The notes beneath the pieces are model-generated. The model was not told the origin of the DNA and did not search any database. It worked only from the letters and a program-made list of their open reading frames with translations. DNA of 64,000 nucleotides from Octopus sinensis (lineage: Eukaryota), in contig NC_043015.1 of the NCBI RefSeq assembly GCF_006345805.1, forward strand, positions 13,702,001 through 13,766,000, written 5' to 3'. Made by a program: the position numbers and the translations under genes. This document shows, in pieces, positions 25,701-37,920 of this stretch (position 1 is its first letter; every line of letters begins with the position of its first letter).

Positions 25701-28700
25701 TTTTTTAATGCAATATATATATGCATATATGTATATATTTTTTTTCAGGTGAATCCATTTAAAGACAGAATTTGTAAAGTTTTCTCTTCTGCTGATGATG
25801 GCTCAATGACATTTGAAGACTTTTTAGATATGATGTCAGTCTTTAGTGACAATGCTCCAAAGAATGTCAAAGTTAATTATGCTTTCAAAATTTATGGCAA
25901 GTAAAGGTTTATTATTGATAATAGTTGCATTTTTTACATTTTTTAATGCTTTGTATGAATAATATTTGATATAGTGAAAATGCATTCAAGGAGAATAAAT
26001 ATATGTATTCATGTCCTTGAATACATAATATACACACTCATACACATGTATGTTCAGGCAAATGCATGATTGTGTAGTTATGAGGTCACCATTGCAATCA
26101 CATGATTTCAGGTTCAATCTCACTGCATGACACCTTGGTGAAGTGTCTTTTACTCTAGCCCCAGTAAAAGCAATACCTTGTAAATTGAATTTGGCTGATA
26201 GAAGCTCTACAAAACCTGTTGTGTATATATATATATATATATGTATGTTTGTGTGTTTGTATGCATGTGTGTCTTTGTGCACTTGAGTACATGTATGTGT
26301 ATGGCTGTGTCTGTGTGAACATTTTGTACTTCATGTGAAAAAAAGATTGATGATGCTTATTGATAATTCCCTGTCAGTAAATCATTCTAGCTCTGCACAT
26401 TCAAATACATGTGGAATAAAAACTTCCTTTCTTGAAAAACTGGTAAAGACAAGAGGAAGAGCATTTGGTTGTATAGCAGTGCCTCAGTAATGATGTGTAT
26501 TTACCTAATCTATGTTAGCATGGAAAAACAGATGGAAAATAAACATATGAGTATGTGTGTGTATACATATATATATAGAGAGAGATACATAGATATAATG
26601 CTGAGATTTGTAACCAGTTTTTCTTTTTGTGTATGTGTGTGTAATGTATTTATTTTATACATGCACACGTACATATGTGAAAGTGTTTGGCCTATGGTAA
26701 GGTGTTGCACTCACAATTGCATGGTCATAGCTTCAATTCTCAAACTGGTGATGCATTGTGTTCTAGAATAAAGCACTTTATTTCACATTGCTCCAGTCCA
26801 CTCAGCTGTAAATGTATAGACCTGTGGTGGACTAAAGTTCTGTCAAGATGGAATGTTTGCTTGCCTGCCTGCCTACCCAGCCAAAGGAGTGGCATCATTC
26901 AAAAGCTACAGCAGAGTGAGGAAGCACATTGTGACCAATGAATTATAACATCTGATAGTCTCAATACCATGAATGCAGTGATATTGTGACATACATACAT
27001 GTGTATATACAGACACACATACACACACACACACATACACACAAATATATATATATATATATAGAAATGAATGTGTGCGTTCAGTCATATATAAATAAAT
27101 AAATAAAACATATGCATATATACATACATATATGTACGTACCTACCTCTACATGTATATATACATGCATATATGGGTACAGGACACCAAAAAAACGTCGA
27201 ACACAATGAGAAACGAAAACATAAACACAAAACCGAGGAAATGGACATTTTTTTAAACTACGAAAAAATAGAGTACAGGACATACAAACAAGGAAAATTC
27301 CCCTTCTTCAGTCGCCTTAATTTCATCTACTCCACGTTTCGAAGGTCAGGCAATACATGACTTCCATGAAATTTTCCTTCCCGCGGAAATCAAATTAAAT
27401 AAAATTTGAGATTTTTTTGGTGTCCTATACCCATATATGCATGTATATATACATGTAGAGGTAGGTACGTACAAATATGTATGTATATATGCATATGTTT
27501 TATTTATTTATTTATATATATATATATCCATACACGCACACACATGCACACATACATCGTCATCATCATTTAATGTTTCCTTTCATGCTGGCATATGCAA
27601 TTTATGTACATATACAGACATATTGGAATTTCTATTTGTAATTTTGTGTACAAGTTAAGTGCCTGTATTTGCAATATGATAATTGTTATCTCAATTTTAT
27701 TTTGCTTAAATATTTGCAGATTTCAGTAATAATAACATGATAACAAGTCAAGACTTAAAGGAAGTTATTCAGCGTATAACAATGCCTGATGAATCAAGTG
27801 ATAAACTAGAAGATGAGGACTTACAGTTGCTTATAGATAATGTAAATATACAAACACAACCTTTTTTCTCTATTATTGCTTAATTAGTGTAATATTACCT
27901 ATCACCTTAAGACAGCAAGCAAGCAGGACCATTAGTACGTTGGACTGGATGCTTAGCAGCATTTTGTCCATCCTTACATTGGGTTCAAATTCTGCCAGGA
28001 TCAACTTTGCCTTTCATCCTTTTGGGGGCAATAAATTAAATATCATTTGAGCACTAGGATCAGTGTAATCACCTTATCCCCTTCCCTGAAATTGGTGAGA
28101 ACAGAGAAAATTATTCCCAGACTGAAGTCCTGACCCATGAACCAGGTGATTATGTTAAATTGTGGGATTCATTTTTTTGATATGGGTCTGTGTGGTAAGA
28201 AGTTTGCTTCCCAACCATATGGTTTCAGGTTCAGTCCCATTGCATTGCACTTTGAACAAGTATCTTCACCTAATAGCTCCAGGTCGGCCAAAGCCTTGTG
28301 GGTAAATTTAGTAGATGAAAACTGAAAGAAACCCATTGTGTGTGTGTTACTGTCTCCTTGCCATGACATCACTTGATAATTGTAAGCAAGTGTCACTTTA
28401 ATGCAAGTGGTGTCTTTTCATTTCTGCCTGCTTGCTGTTATTTCCAGTCTTCCAAGATATATCTGACCATGATGAAATATTTCCTTACATGGAAATAGTT
28501 GATGGTCAGTGACAGAACCGGATCCAGCCACAGAAAACCTGCCTCAGCAAATTCTGGCCCACCCACATGAACATAGCAATTGAACTATACATGTGCAGTG
28601 GTTCCAAAGCATTGCTGAATTGTGGAGCTATGTCAAACAGCTGTTGTTGCATGTAAGATGGATCTGGCTATCAACCTAGTCAATTGTGAAAACTGCCTCA

Positions 28701-29050
28701 CAACTCTCTTTAACAGAGCCAAGCAAATAGTTTTCCTCTGTCTTGTATCTACGGTGAAAGAGATTGTTTAAAAGCATTGAAGAGAAACACCTTCCACTTT
28801 GATCAAGTTCTTGTTGCCTTTTTTCAAATTCCACTTGGAAAGGAAAGTGTAAATAGAGAGAGAAGTATTCTCCTCCAGCAAATGTGTCAAAAGGTGGGCA
28901 AATGTGACAAAAATGGTTTGAATGTATAGAACTACCCTAATTATGCACTTATAGATAAGAGAACAGCAGTTGAGAGAGGACACATGGCCTTGGTGGTCAG
29001 AGTGATCTTGGACTCTCTACTATCAGGTGAACTGTATCATTGAAATATTC

Positions 29051-29119
<69 letters not shown>

Positions 29120-32100
29120 CTATACCTTTCATCGCATTTCTCTTTTTTCTCTTTTTCTACCTTGCCCGATTTCATGAAAATCCATTGTAATCTGTCTTCA
29201 TAATGTTATCTTCAGCTGACGCCCTTGTGACAAAAAAAAAGAAATCATTACTATTATTGATGATAATAATTATTTCTAATATAGGCCACAAATTTGGTGG
29301 GTGAGAGTTAGTCAAATTGCACCCCCACCCCTTTACTTGATTAGTACTTTATTTCATTGACCATGGATGAATCAAAGTCAGAGTTGACTTCCACTGGAAT
29401 TGAACTTAAACATAATGAACCATAGCTAAATACTATAAGGTGTTTTGTCTGACACTCTAATAATTCTGTACAGTTTCTACACTATGAAGGTCGACTGAAA
29501 AGTTCATAGGCTGACCAAAATGAGGTTTATTTTTCAACATAGTCCCCCTTGCAGTCCACACACTTCTTCCATCAGTGTTGCAGTGCTTGGATCCCATTGT
29601 TAAAGAAGCTTTCATCCTGTTAGTCAATAAAGTCATAAACAGGAGATATAATGTCATCATCACTGCAATACTGGTTCCCCACCAAATGTTTTTTCATGCT
29701 GGAGAACAGACAATAGTCAAATGGAGCCAAATCAGGAGAATAGAGAGAGTGATCAACCAGTTCAAAGCCACGATGACACACAACAGCCATTGAAATCAAG
29801 GACTTGTGTGTTGGAGCATTGTCCTGATGAAACAAGGCCCCTTTCATAAGTTTTTGTAACTGTCTCAGCAAGTTGGCTTAGTACTTTCCTTTGATGGTAT
29901 GACCCTTTTGAAGTTAGTCAATAACCACAGTACCTTTTGCATCCTAAAAACTGAGGCCACCACCTTCCCTGCAGATGAAACGACATTGGCCTTCTTTGGA
30001 GCAGGTGAGGAGAGATGTTTCCACTGCATAGATTGTTTCTTTTTTTTTTTCTGGCTCAAAGTGATGAAGCCAACACTCATCTTAGGCTAGGAAACATTCA
30101 AGGAAACCAGTTGGATATGCCACAAACAAGGTTGATTTTTCCATGATGTGTTCAGCCTGATACTCTTTTGATCAGGTATCAGAAGACATGGCACCCACCA
30201 AGCAGAAACCTGCTCCATGCCAAGTTCATTGTGCAGAATATTCTCAACTGTCATGAGATATGCTAATAACATTGGACTATTTGATTTATAGTCAGTCGTC
30301 AGTCATCCCTCACTATGTGGTGAACACAGTCAATGTTTTCCTCAATGGTGGCAGTTGCAGGACGTCCAGATTTTGGGTCATCTTCAAGACTCTCCCTTCC
30401 ACTTCTAAATTCAACTGCCCACTTTTGCACTGTCGATAAAGCTTGAGTGTCATTCCCTAATGTAGCAACCATGTTAGCATGAAAGTCCTTGGAGGCTAAA
30501 CTCTTTTTCTGCAGGTACTTGATAACGCCACAACATCAAATTTTGTCCATTTCAAGAAGAAGTCACTACTAGTTATTTTTGATGTCTTCTCTGAACAGTC
30601 AGATATTAGTTTAGCTTGAAAGAAACAATACAGTAACTTATAAGAACATTTGAAATTACATGTAAGATTTCACAGCTCTAGTACCACTCCTTCATTGTCA
30701 GCCTATGAAATTTTCAGCCCACTCTTGTAGTTGCTGTGTGTTACCTATTTCTCCTCCACCCCCACCCCTTGTTTTGATATTCTGTTAATCAAAGTGATTA
30801 TAAATAAAAGGTAATATTTTGTATCCTCTGTCATCCATTCTGCACTCTCTCCTTGGTAAAGATATTTAATTTTTGCTGGCTTATTTACCCAGCTATAATT
30901 AGATACCATTGGGAAGATAATATTAATGAGAGTCTTGTTAGTGTGCAACACTGGCTTGAAATTCTCCATAGACTTCTGAATTATTAGCATTGATAAGGAA
31001 GACACTATACTTCAAAATCTTCCTACTTTAAAAATATTAAGACTTATGCTACTTAGACAGGCAAAGGGAAACTACTCTAATTTATTATCATGTCACTGTA
31101 GCTAGCCAGTTTAAACCTGGATATGGGAAAAGTTACATGCTGTTTTATTTTCTTTCATTCTGAAGGTTTCTGCTTGATATCATGCTATATCATGATACAC
31201 TCTGTTATAGTATTGATGAATGAGGGTTAGTTTAAATACATAGAGTAGTGATTGTTTGACTTTGTACTTAAGGAAGAAACTTAATATGTATAAGGAGCTA
31301 CACATGAAGTCACTTGCTCTCACATATGTGTGTACATGTGTGTGTGTATATATATATATTTATTTATATACATATAGGCGGCAAACTGGCAGAAACGTTA
31401 GCACGCCGGGCGAAATGCGTAGCCATATTTCGTCTGCAGTTACGTTCTGGGTTCAAATTCCGCCGAGGTCGACTTTGCCTTTCATCCTTTCGGAATCGAT
31501 TAATTAAGTACCAGTTACACACTTGTCTGTCCTTGTTTGTCCTCTCTGTGTTTAGCCCCTTGTGGTTAGTAAAGAAATATATATATATATACATACATAC
31601 ATATATATATATATCTGACCTCGTGTGTATCGTTGGCGATTTTCTCCTTCTCCGTCTTCCCTTCTTTGGACTTTTTCTATATTTCTAACGAAGAGCTCCA
31701 CTCGAAACATGAAATCCTCTTTCTTTTCTTTCCTTTCCTGAGCGTCGAATAACACTGTACATATTCCACGTCCTCGCGTTGTTGTTTTTTCTTGCTTCTT
31801 CATGTTTGGATTAACTAGTGAATGAAACTAGCAAGGCTTGGCTGTGTGGTAAGAAGTTTGCTTCCCAACCACGTGATTCTGGATTCTGTTGCACTGTGTG
31901 GCACCTTGGATAAATGTCTTCTTTATCCCTGGGCCAACCTAAGTCTTTTGTGTGGATTTAGTTGACAGAAACTGAAAGAGAATCATTATATATATACATG
32001 CGTATGTGTGTGTGTGTGTTTGTTCTGATATTATATGAGAGTTGCAAATGCATGTCACTGTCGTACCAGCAGTATCATTCATTTCCAATATACTGCAAGA

Positions 32101-35100
32101 ACATATCTGGCCATGGATAAATATTACCTTGCTTAGAAACAGATGAGAGTTGGTGACAGGAACAGCTTCTAGCTATAGAAAATCTAATTCCATCCAACCC
32201 GTGCAAGCATGGAAGAGTGAACATTAAAATGATGATGATGATGTTGATGATATATATATATATCATCATCATCATCATCGTTTAACGTCCACTTTCCATG
32301 CTAGCATGGATTGGACGATTTGACTGAGGTCTGGCAAACCAGATGGCTGCACAAGACTCCAATCTGATCTGGCAGAGTTCCTAACATTAACCACTCTGAG
32401 AGTGTAGTGGGTGCTTTTACGTGCCACCGGCACGAGGCCAGTCAGGAAGTACTGGCAACGGCCACGCTCAAATGGTGCTTTTTATGTGCCACCTGCACAG
32501 GAACCAGTCCAGAAGCACTGGCAACGACCTCGCTTGAATGTTTTTTCACATGCCACCAGCACAAGTGCCAGTAAGGCAATGCTGGTAATGTATATATATA
32601 TGTATGTATGTATGTATGTATATATATATGCGAATAAGATTATCAGTAATGTTAGAGATGATATAACCAAGCTGTCTTAGAAAGATGATCAAATTGAATA
32701 ATTTTGTGAAACAGTGATTATTAAAATATTAGATAAGTGAAAAAAACAATGAATTAATAAAGACTTAGCTCAGTTTTAGTAATATTGAGAATGAATACTT
32801 TCAAATCACAAGGTACTGTTAATTCTTATATGCCATCAGTTTAATTCAATGTATTTTCATTACATAATTATACAAAAGGCAGCTACTTGGCAGAATCGTT
32901 AGAGCATCAGACAAAATACTTAGCAACATTTCTTCCAGCTCTTTACATTTTGAGTTCAAATCCCACCAAAGTCAACAATATGTCTTTAATGCTTGCAGGG
33001 TCGATAAAGTACAGTGTCATTCAAGCACTGGGGTTGATGATACCAGTTAGTCCTCTCCTCTCAAGATTTCGGGTTTTATGCCTAAACTGGAAGCCATTAT
33101 ATAATGATGCAATGCAAAATGAATATATAGTATTATTTCTTTGAAATAAATTGTATTTATATCTTTTGTTTGTCAAATTTAACATCTCTATACCATTTCG
33201 TTTTTCTCTGCAGATTATGGAAGAAGCCGACTTAGATAATGATGACTGTTTGTCCTTCCAAGAATTTGAACATGTCCTCTCAAAATCACCAGATTTTGCA
33301 TCGTATGTTTATACTAACATCTTTCTTTTTATGATTACCATTTTAAACAGACTACATGTGAAATTTTATTGAAGACACACTGCACCCCATGGTTTTGAAT
33401 ATTTTTAACATGATCATTGGCATTTTCCATACCTTATGATCTATTCTTTTGGATTCAATGTTTGAATTCTAACCAATCTCACATATTCACCATATTCAAG
33501 TATATTGTCATGAATGCTTTTTCTGTAGGCAGTATTCCTGATAATACCTGTGTCTGGTAGATCTCAGGGTATTTAGACAAACAGAATCTATTTAGTTTTT
33601 GAAAATCATTCCTGATTACAAAATGTTTAAGAATGAACTCTACTTCACACTAACTAAAAGTGAAAACAAGAGCTTGTCTCACTTCATAAAAAAGTTGCTG
33701 TTTAACCCCAGGTCAACTTTGTTGAAACAGTCCTATGATTAAAAACAGTGATGGAAGCAGGTATTAGGAACTTGGTCTACCCTAAGGTTCAAGAAGCTGA
33801 GGTTGGGAAAGTTGGGCTAGACACTTAAAAACCCACCCCTCTCTGTTAGCTGAAAAGCAGAGCAACACTGTACTCATGCATACCCTGTCATTTCCATCAT
33901 TGATGAAAGTGTATTCCACACATGACCATCTTCATCATCATCATTATCGTTTAACGTCCGTTTTGTATGCTAGCATGGGTTGGACGGTTCGACCAGGGTC
34001 TGGGAAGCCAGGAGGCTGCACCAGGCTCCAGTCTGATCTGGCTGTGTTTCTACAGCTGGATGCCCTTCCTAACGCCAATCACTCTATGAGTGTAGTAGGT
34101 GCTTTTTACGTGCCACCGGCACAGGTGCCAGGGGAGGCTAGCAACGGCCACGATCGGTTGGTGCTTTTTACGTGCCTTGTCTTTTAAAAATATGTGGGGC
34201 TATATTTATGAATGCATCTTTTCCATATTTAATGCAGTGGAATGGTTTGAAAAAAAACTTTTGCCTCTTATTTCTAGCAAGTTGAGCAATCACATAGAAG
34301 CACCTTCATTTACCTGTAATGAAGTAAGTAGTGGCTTGAGGATCATTTAACTTGTTAAAATACATGTTCCAATAAGTAGTTTCAGACAAAAGAAAAATAG
34401 TTGAAATAGAAAAGGAAAATATTTGTGATGGATCAAAAAGTCCATGTGGTTCTGAGTTGAAGTCTGGACAGTTCCATAGCCGGCCAGTTTCTGTCAAACC
34501 ATCCAACCCATGCCAACATGAAAAATGGACATTAAACGACGATGATATTGTAGGCAGGCATGCAAGTAAAATTATCATAATGTGTGTGTACATCCAGCTG
34601 TAGAAATTATGCCAAAGCAGACGTAGAACTTGGTAGAGCCCTCTGCCTCATCTGTTCTTGCCAAACTGTCCAACCCATGCCAGCATGGAAAAAGGAATGT
34701 TAAATGAAGATGGTAATGAAAACCATCTTTGTGTCATACTTAATATAAATGCATTGTTGAAGGGCAATTTTCTGCAGTATTCTTTCAGAGGTAGCATGTC
34801 TTACAGTTGTGCTTTGCTTAAAATCACAATATATTTTGAAGGGACAGAAATTATTCCAGCAGTGGCCAGATACAGTTCAGCCTCATTGAGCCTTCTTAAT
34901 GATATATACTCAAAGCCACCTCGAATATGTAGGAAAATAGTGAATAAACAGTCAGTGTTATTGCAAATAGTGACCCAGCTGAATAAAAATCCATTGTATG
35001 CAAAAGAACCAGTATTAAATTATAATAGTCATCTACGTGTTATACTTAATGTAAATACATCACTGAAAGGCAATTTATTGTGGTATTTGTCCAGAGATAA

Positions 35101-36399
35101 CATCTCATGTGGACGTGTTATGTTTTAAAACGATATATGTCAGAAGGAGATGGAAATTGTCTCAGAGGCAGCTAGTGAGAACACCAGATGCATTTCAGCC
35201 CTGTTGGGCCTTGTCAATGGTATATGCTCACATGTGATTGCGAACCACACATTTCCTCATATATATTTAATCACCATCATTCTTTTAACATCCACAATTC
35301 TATGCTTGCATGGATCAGATAAAATCATTGAAGCAGATTTTCTAGAACTAGATGGTCTTCCTGTTATCACCCTCACCTATTTTCATGTCAAGTAATATTT
35401 CCCCTAGTCCTTTGAACACAAGCAGTATAATAGCTCAATGCTAGACATGATTTCATTTTTACAGAAGACTACAAGTGAACAACACACTGTTTGCCTGATA
35501 CTGACATTCATTTACAACTAGCACATGATCTCAAAACAAGGAAACACAAACACACTCACACACATATATACATATGGTGGATTTCTTGGATCTATTCCAT
35601 CTCAATCACAGATTTTTTAATTAATTTTTCTTAACTAAACAGTTTGAAACTTCAAATGCTGGTAGAATTTCTCATATAGAACACGGTTTACTCTGAACGT
35701 TTTCGACAAAATTTCCTATTTTAGAAGTTATTTCGTGTTAAAGTTGTTGTATTTGGGTAATTTCAACCAATCAACGATGTGTATTCAGTTTGCTTCTACC
35801 AAATCCAATCACAAGGCTTAGGTTGGCCCAGAGCTACGAAAAATATTTGTTCAAAGCAACTGCATGGTAGGACCAAACCTAAAACCACATCATCGGTACA
35901 TAAACTTCTAAACCACATGCCTGTTGTTAGAGTGTCAGACAGAATGCCTTCTGCTCTATGTCAGTATGTGTGCAAATATATGTATGTATGTATGTAGACA
36001 CATTATATATTTGCTCTGCAAATAACTGACACGTTCTCCAAATGAAACAAAATGTATTTAACTAGACTCAAAGTTTTAATAAAACTTATATGTGTATATC
36101 TGTTATGAGTGTATTTCTGTGAAAGAACATAGCAAGGAATATGATAAACCAGGTGTTTGAAATGAAAATCTGTTGAAATTATCATTCTTGCTATTATAAA
36201 TATAATCAACCACTGATTGTCCTGTAAGAAACCTGTATCCTATAATGCTTTTGTTTCTAAAAATACAATGTGAAGAAAGAAAATTTTCTCTATTTTTCAA
36301 TTTAGCTATCTTTTATGTATGATTTTTGTTTTTATGATTGAAAATTAATTCATTTTTTCTTACTTTTTATTTTCCAGATCATTCTGTATCCATTTGTGA
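13719..36399 (+). CDS. CIB1: Calcium- and integrin-binding protein (CIB1/CIB4-type EF-hand protein), 7 coding exons, 187 aa; join(13719..13769,20833..20867,24805..24901,25749..25896,27720..27841,33214..33302,36378..36399)
   Basis: Exons of 51+35+97+148+122+89+22 = 564 nt splice in frame to [190 protein letters not shown] hallmarks: Gly2 myristoylation site, YQxLTF, LPELKxNPFKxRI, FEDFLD, YAFxIYDF, EADxDxD...SPDF. The 7-exon layout matches my recollection of CIB1/CIB4. Paralog label is tentative (likely co-ortholog of CIB1 and CIB4). Confidence 0.93.
14850..17530 (+). mobile_element. Decayed non-LTR retrotransposon with restriction-like endonuclease (CRE-like) in CIB intron 1
   Basis: GC-richer block whose broken frames give [40 protein letters not shown] (~16383), [20 protein letters not shown], a C-x-C...H...C zinc knuckle (HRCHCG...HPFSC) and [12 protein letters not shown] (RLE motif GKRPDG). 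Confidence 0.8.
18241..18456. repeat. Imperfect ~90-bp-arm inverted repeat (hairpin) in CIB intron 1
   Basis: 18241-18330 is the approximate reverse complement of 18367-18456. Confidence 0.85.
20833..20867 (+). CDS. CIB1: CIB exon 2 ([11 protein letters not shown]+AA)
   Basis: Acceptor ctcatcttctag|GAA; donor AA|gtaagt; 35 nt. Confidence 0.92.
21310..22125 (-). mobile_element. Decayed RTE-clade LINE RT fragment in CIB intron 2
   Basis: ORFs 21494..21820 ([11 protein letters not shown]...[10 protein letters not shown]) and 21957..22178 ([16 protein letters not shown]) resemble the 6409-7646 element. Confidence 0.88.
24805..24901 (+). CDS. CIB1: CIB exon 3 (VYDCYK...RLPELK)
   Basis: Acceptor tttccattgcag|T; donor AAG|gtatgt; 97 nt; phase fits exons 2 and 4. 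Confidence 0.92.
25749..25896 (+). CDS. CIB1: CIB exon 4 ([14 protein letters not shown]...YAFKIY+G)
   Basis: Acceptor tttttcag|GTG; 148 nt ending at non-canonical donor TG|gcaagt (alternative GT donor at 25901). Confidence 0.9.
27087..27519. repeat. Near-perfect ~108-bp inverted repeat around a ~215-bp loop in CIB intron 4
   Basis: 27087-27194 versus 27412-27519 (catatgcatatatacatac...cctacctctacatg...gggtacaggacacc). Confidence 0.9.
27720..27841 (+). CDS. CIB1: CIB exon 5 ([13 protein letters not shown]...LLIDN; EF-hand 3)
   Basis: Acceptor tatttgcag|AT; donor AAT|gtaaat; 122 nt. Confidence 0.9.
29485..30727 (-). mobile_element. Full-length decayed mariner (DD34D) in CIB intron 5
   Basis: TIRs ...CTGAAAAGTTCATAGGCTGAC / GTCAGCCTATGAAATTTTCAG... 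with flanking TA; fragments [36 protein letters not shown]. Confidence 0.9.
31377..31575 (+). repeat. SINE family B (ggcggcaaactggcagaa...gggttcaaattcc...gtcgactttgcctttcatcctttc); representative copy
   Basis: B-box-like GGTTCAAATTCC. Related copies at ~18805-19010, 22570-22775, 27910-28090, 32878-33090, 51780-51950, 55123-55300 and a cluster at 57860-59980. Confidence 0.8.
33214..33302 (+). CDS. CIB1: CIB exon 6 ([29 protein letters not shown]; EF-hand 4)
   Basis: Acceptor tttttctctgcag|ATT; donor TC|gtatgt; 89 nt; visible inside ORF 33151..33372. Confidence 0.94.
36378..36399 (+). CDS. CIB1: CIB exon 7, coding part (SFCIHL*)
   Basis: Long pyrimidine tract then ttttccag|ATCATTCTGTATCCATTTGTGA; 22 nt; completes the SPDFxxSFxI C-terminus. 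Confidence 0.88.
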
Positions 36400-37544
36400 T
36401 TTTCTTCATTTGTCAATGAAGTTCTTCTTTGACTGGAACACATGAATATTTTTCACTTAAATAATACCAATAGTTTTTTAATAATAGCTAAAATATATAT
36501 ACTGTTGATTGAAAATTGACTAATAAGGCAAACCTGCTATTCTCCATAGTCTAACCTAAAACAGATAGCCCATATGCTTTTTGTTTTCTTTAACTGAATT
36601 ATTTTTCTATATTTAAATATAAAACAGATATTGGTAGAAGGAAAAAATTTACATATCCATATGCATACACACACTCATACACACTTTGATATATATATAT
36701 ATAACCTTACATTTTACCAATCAGTTATTATTTTAATTTATGTAAAGGCTTTTGTTTTATTTTGTTTGTTGAAAAATAATGAAATCAGTATTATCTTCAT
36801 GCTTGATATTTCACCCCATATTGTTTATGTTCTTGATCTTTGGCCTTCACATGAAACCACAGTTGTTTCAGAGTCTGTTGTTTTGTGATTTGTCCAATGA
36901 GGTCAGTTTGTTCATGGAACCTTTTACAAATAGTGCATTGAAATTTTTTTTCTCTACTTTTGGTTATGACTTAATTTATTTTTTTCTTCCTTTTTCTTTC
37001 TCTCTCTCTCTCTCTCTTTTTTTTTTTTGACTTATATTGTATATTTCTTTACTTGGTCAATAATTTGTACAAAGAGAAAAGAAAATTGCAAGGATTCTTA
37101 ACTGGTATTGTTGTGAACCTCAAATATGTTAGTGTGACTATTCAATGTCCTCATTTAACATTCATTCCTCACAATAAACTAAGTAGTATGTGGAAGAGTA
37201 TTTAATTAAAATACATGTCTCAAAACAGATTTACAAATTAGTAGCAGGAAAATTTTTTTAAATAAATTTTTTATATTGTATGAAACCAAAATATTCGAAA
37301 ATATTTTGTGAATACCACCAAAAGTTCAACAAATTTGTGAAACATTTTAAAGAAGTTTCTCTACAGTTTTTGAAGATCTGTTCTCTATAAGATCATTGCT
37401 GATGGAAGTACATTTATTTTCCTCTTAATGTGCTGTATATTACATTTCAAAATTTAAAATCTGACAATTTTGTTGGATTTTTAAGGCTTACACATTCATG
37501 TAACATTACTCACTTTTTGAGCTTGAAGTATTACTCCCACCATG

Positions 37545-37920
37545 GAGACGCAATGACCCAGTGGTTAGGGCAGTGGACTCGTGGTCATAGAATTGTGATT
37601 TTGATTCCCAGACTGGTTTTGTGAGTGTTTACTAAGTGAAAATACCTAAAGCTCCATGAGGCTCTGGTAGAGGGTGGTGGAGAACCCTGCTGTATTCTTT
37701 CACCACAACTTTCTCACACTCTTTCTTTCTTTTTCTGTTGTACCTTTATTTCAAAAGGCTGGCCTTGTCACACTCTATGTCATGCTGAATCTCCCTGAGG
37801 ACTATGTTAAGGGTACACGTGTCTGTGGAGTGCTCAGCCACTTGCACATTAATTTCATGAGCATGCTGTTCCATTGATTGGATCAACTGGAACCCTTGTT
37901 GTCATATGGAGTGCCACGAT
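37545..37920 (+). repeat. tRNA-headed SINE family C downstream of the CIB stop
   Basis: Head tgacccagtggttagggcag...ttgattccc; the 3' body matches, in inverted orientation, ~845-975. A similar tRNA-like head occurs at ~19380-19670. Confidence 0.6.

Noticed and set aside
34658-35128. 156-aa ORF with an internal repeat in CIB intron 6
   Set aside because: Starts in a repeat tail, has no homology or splice support; reflects the DNA tandem duplication reported as a finding
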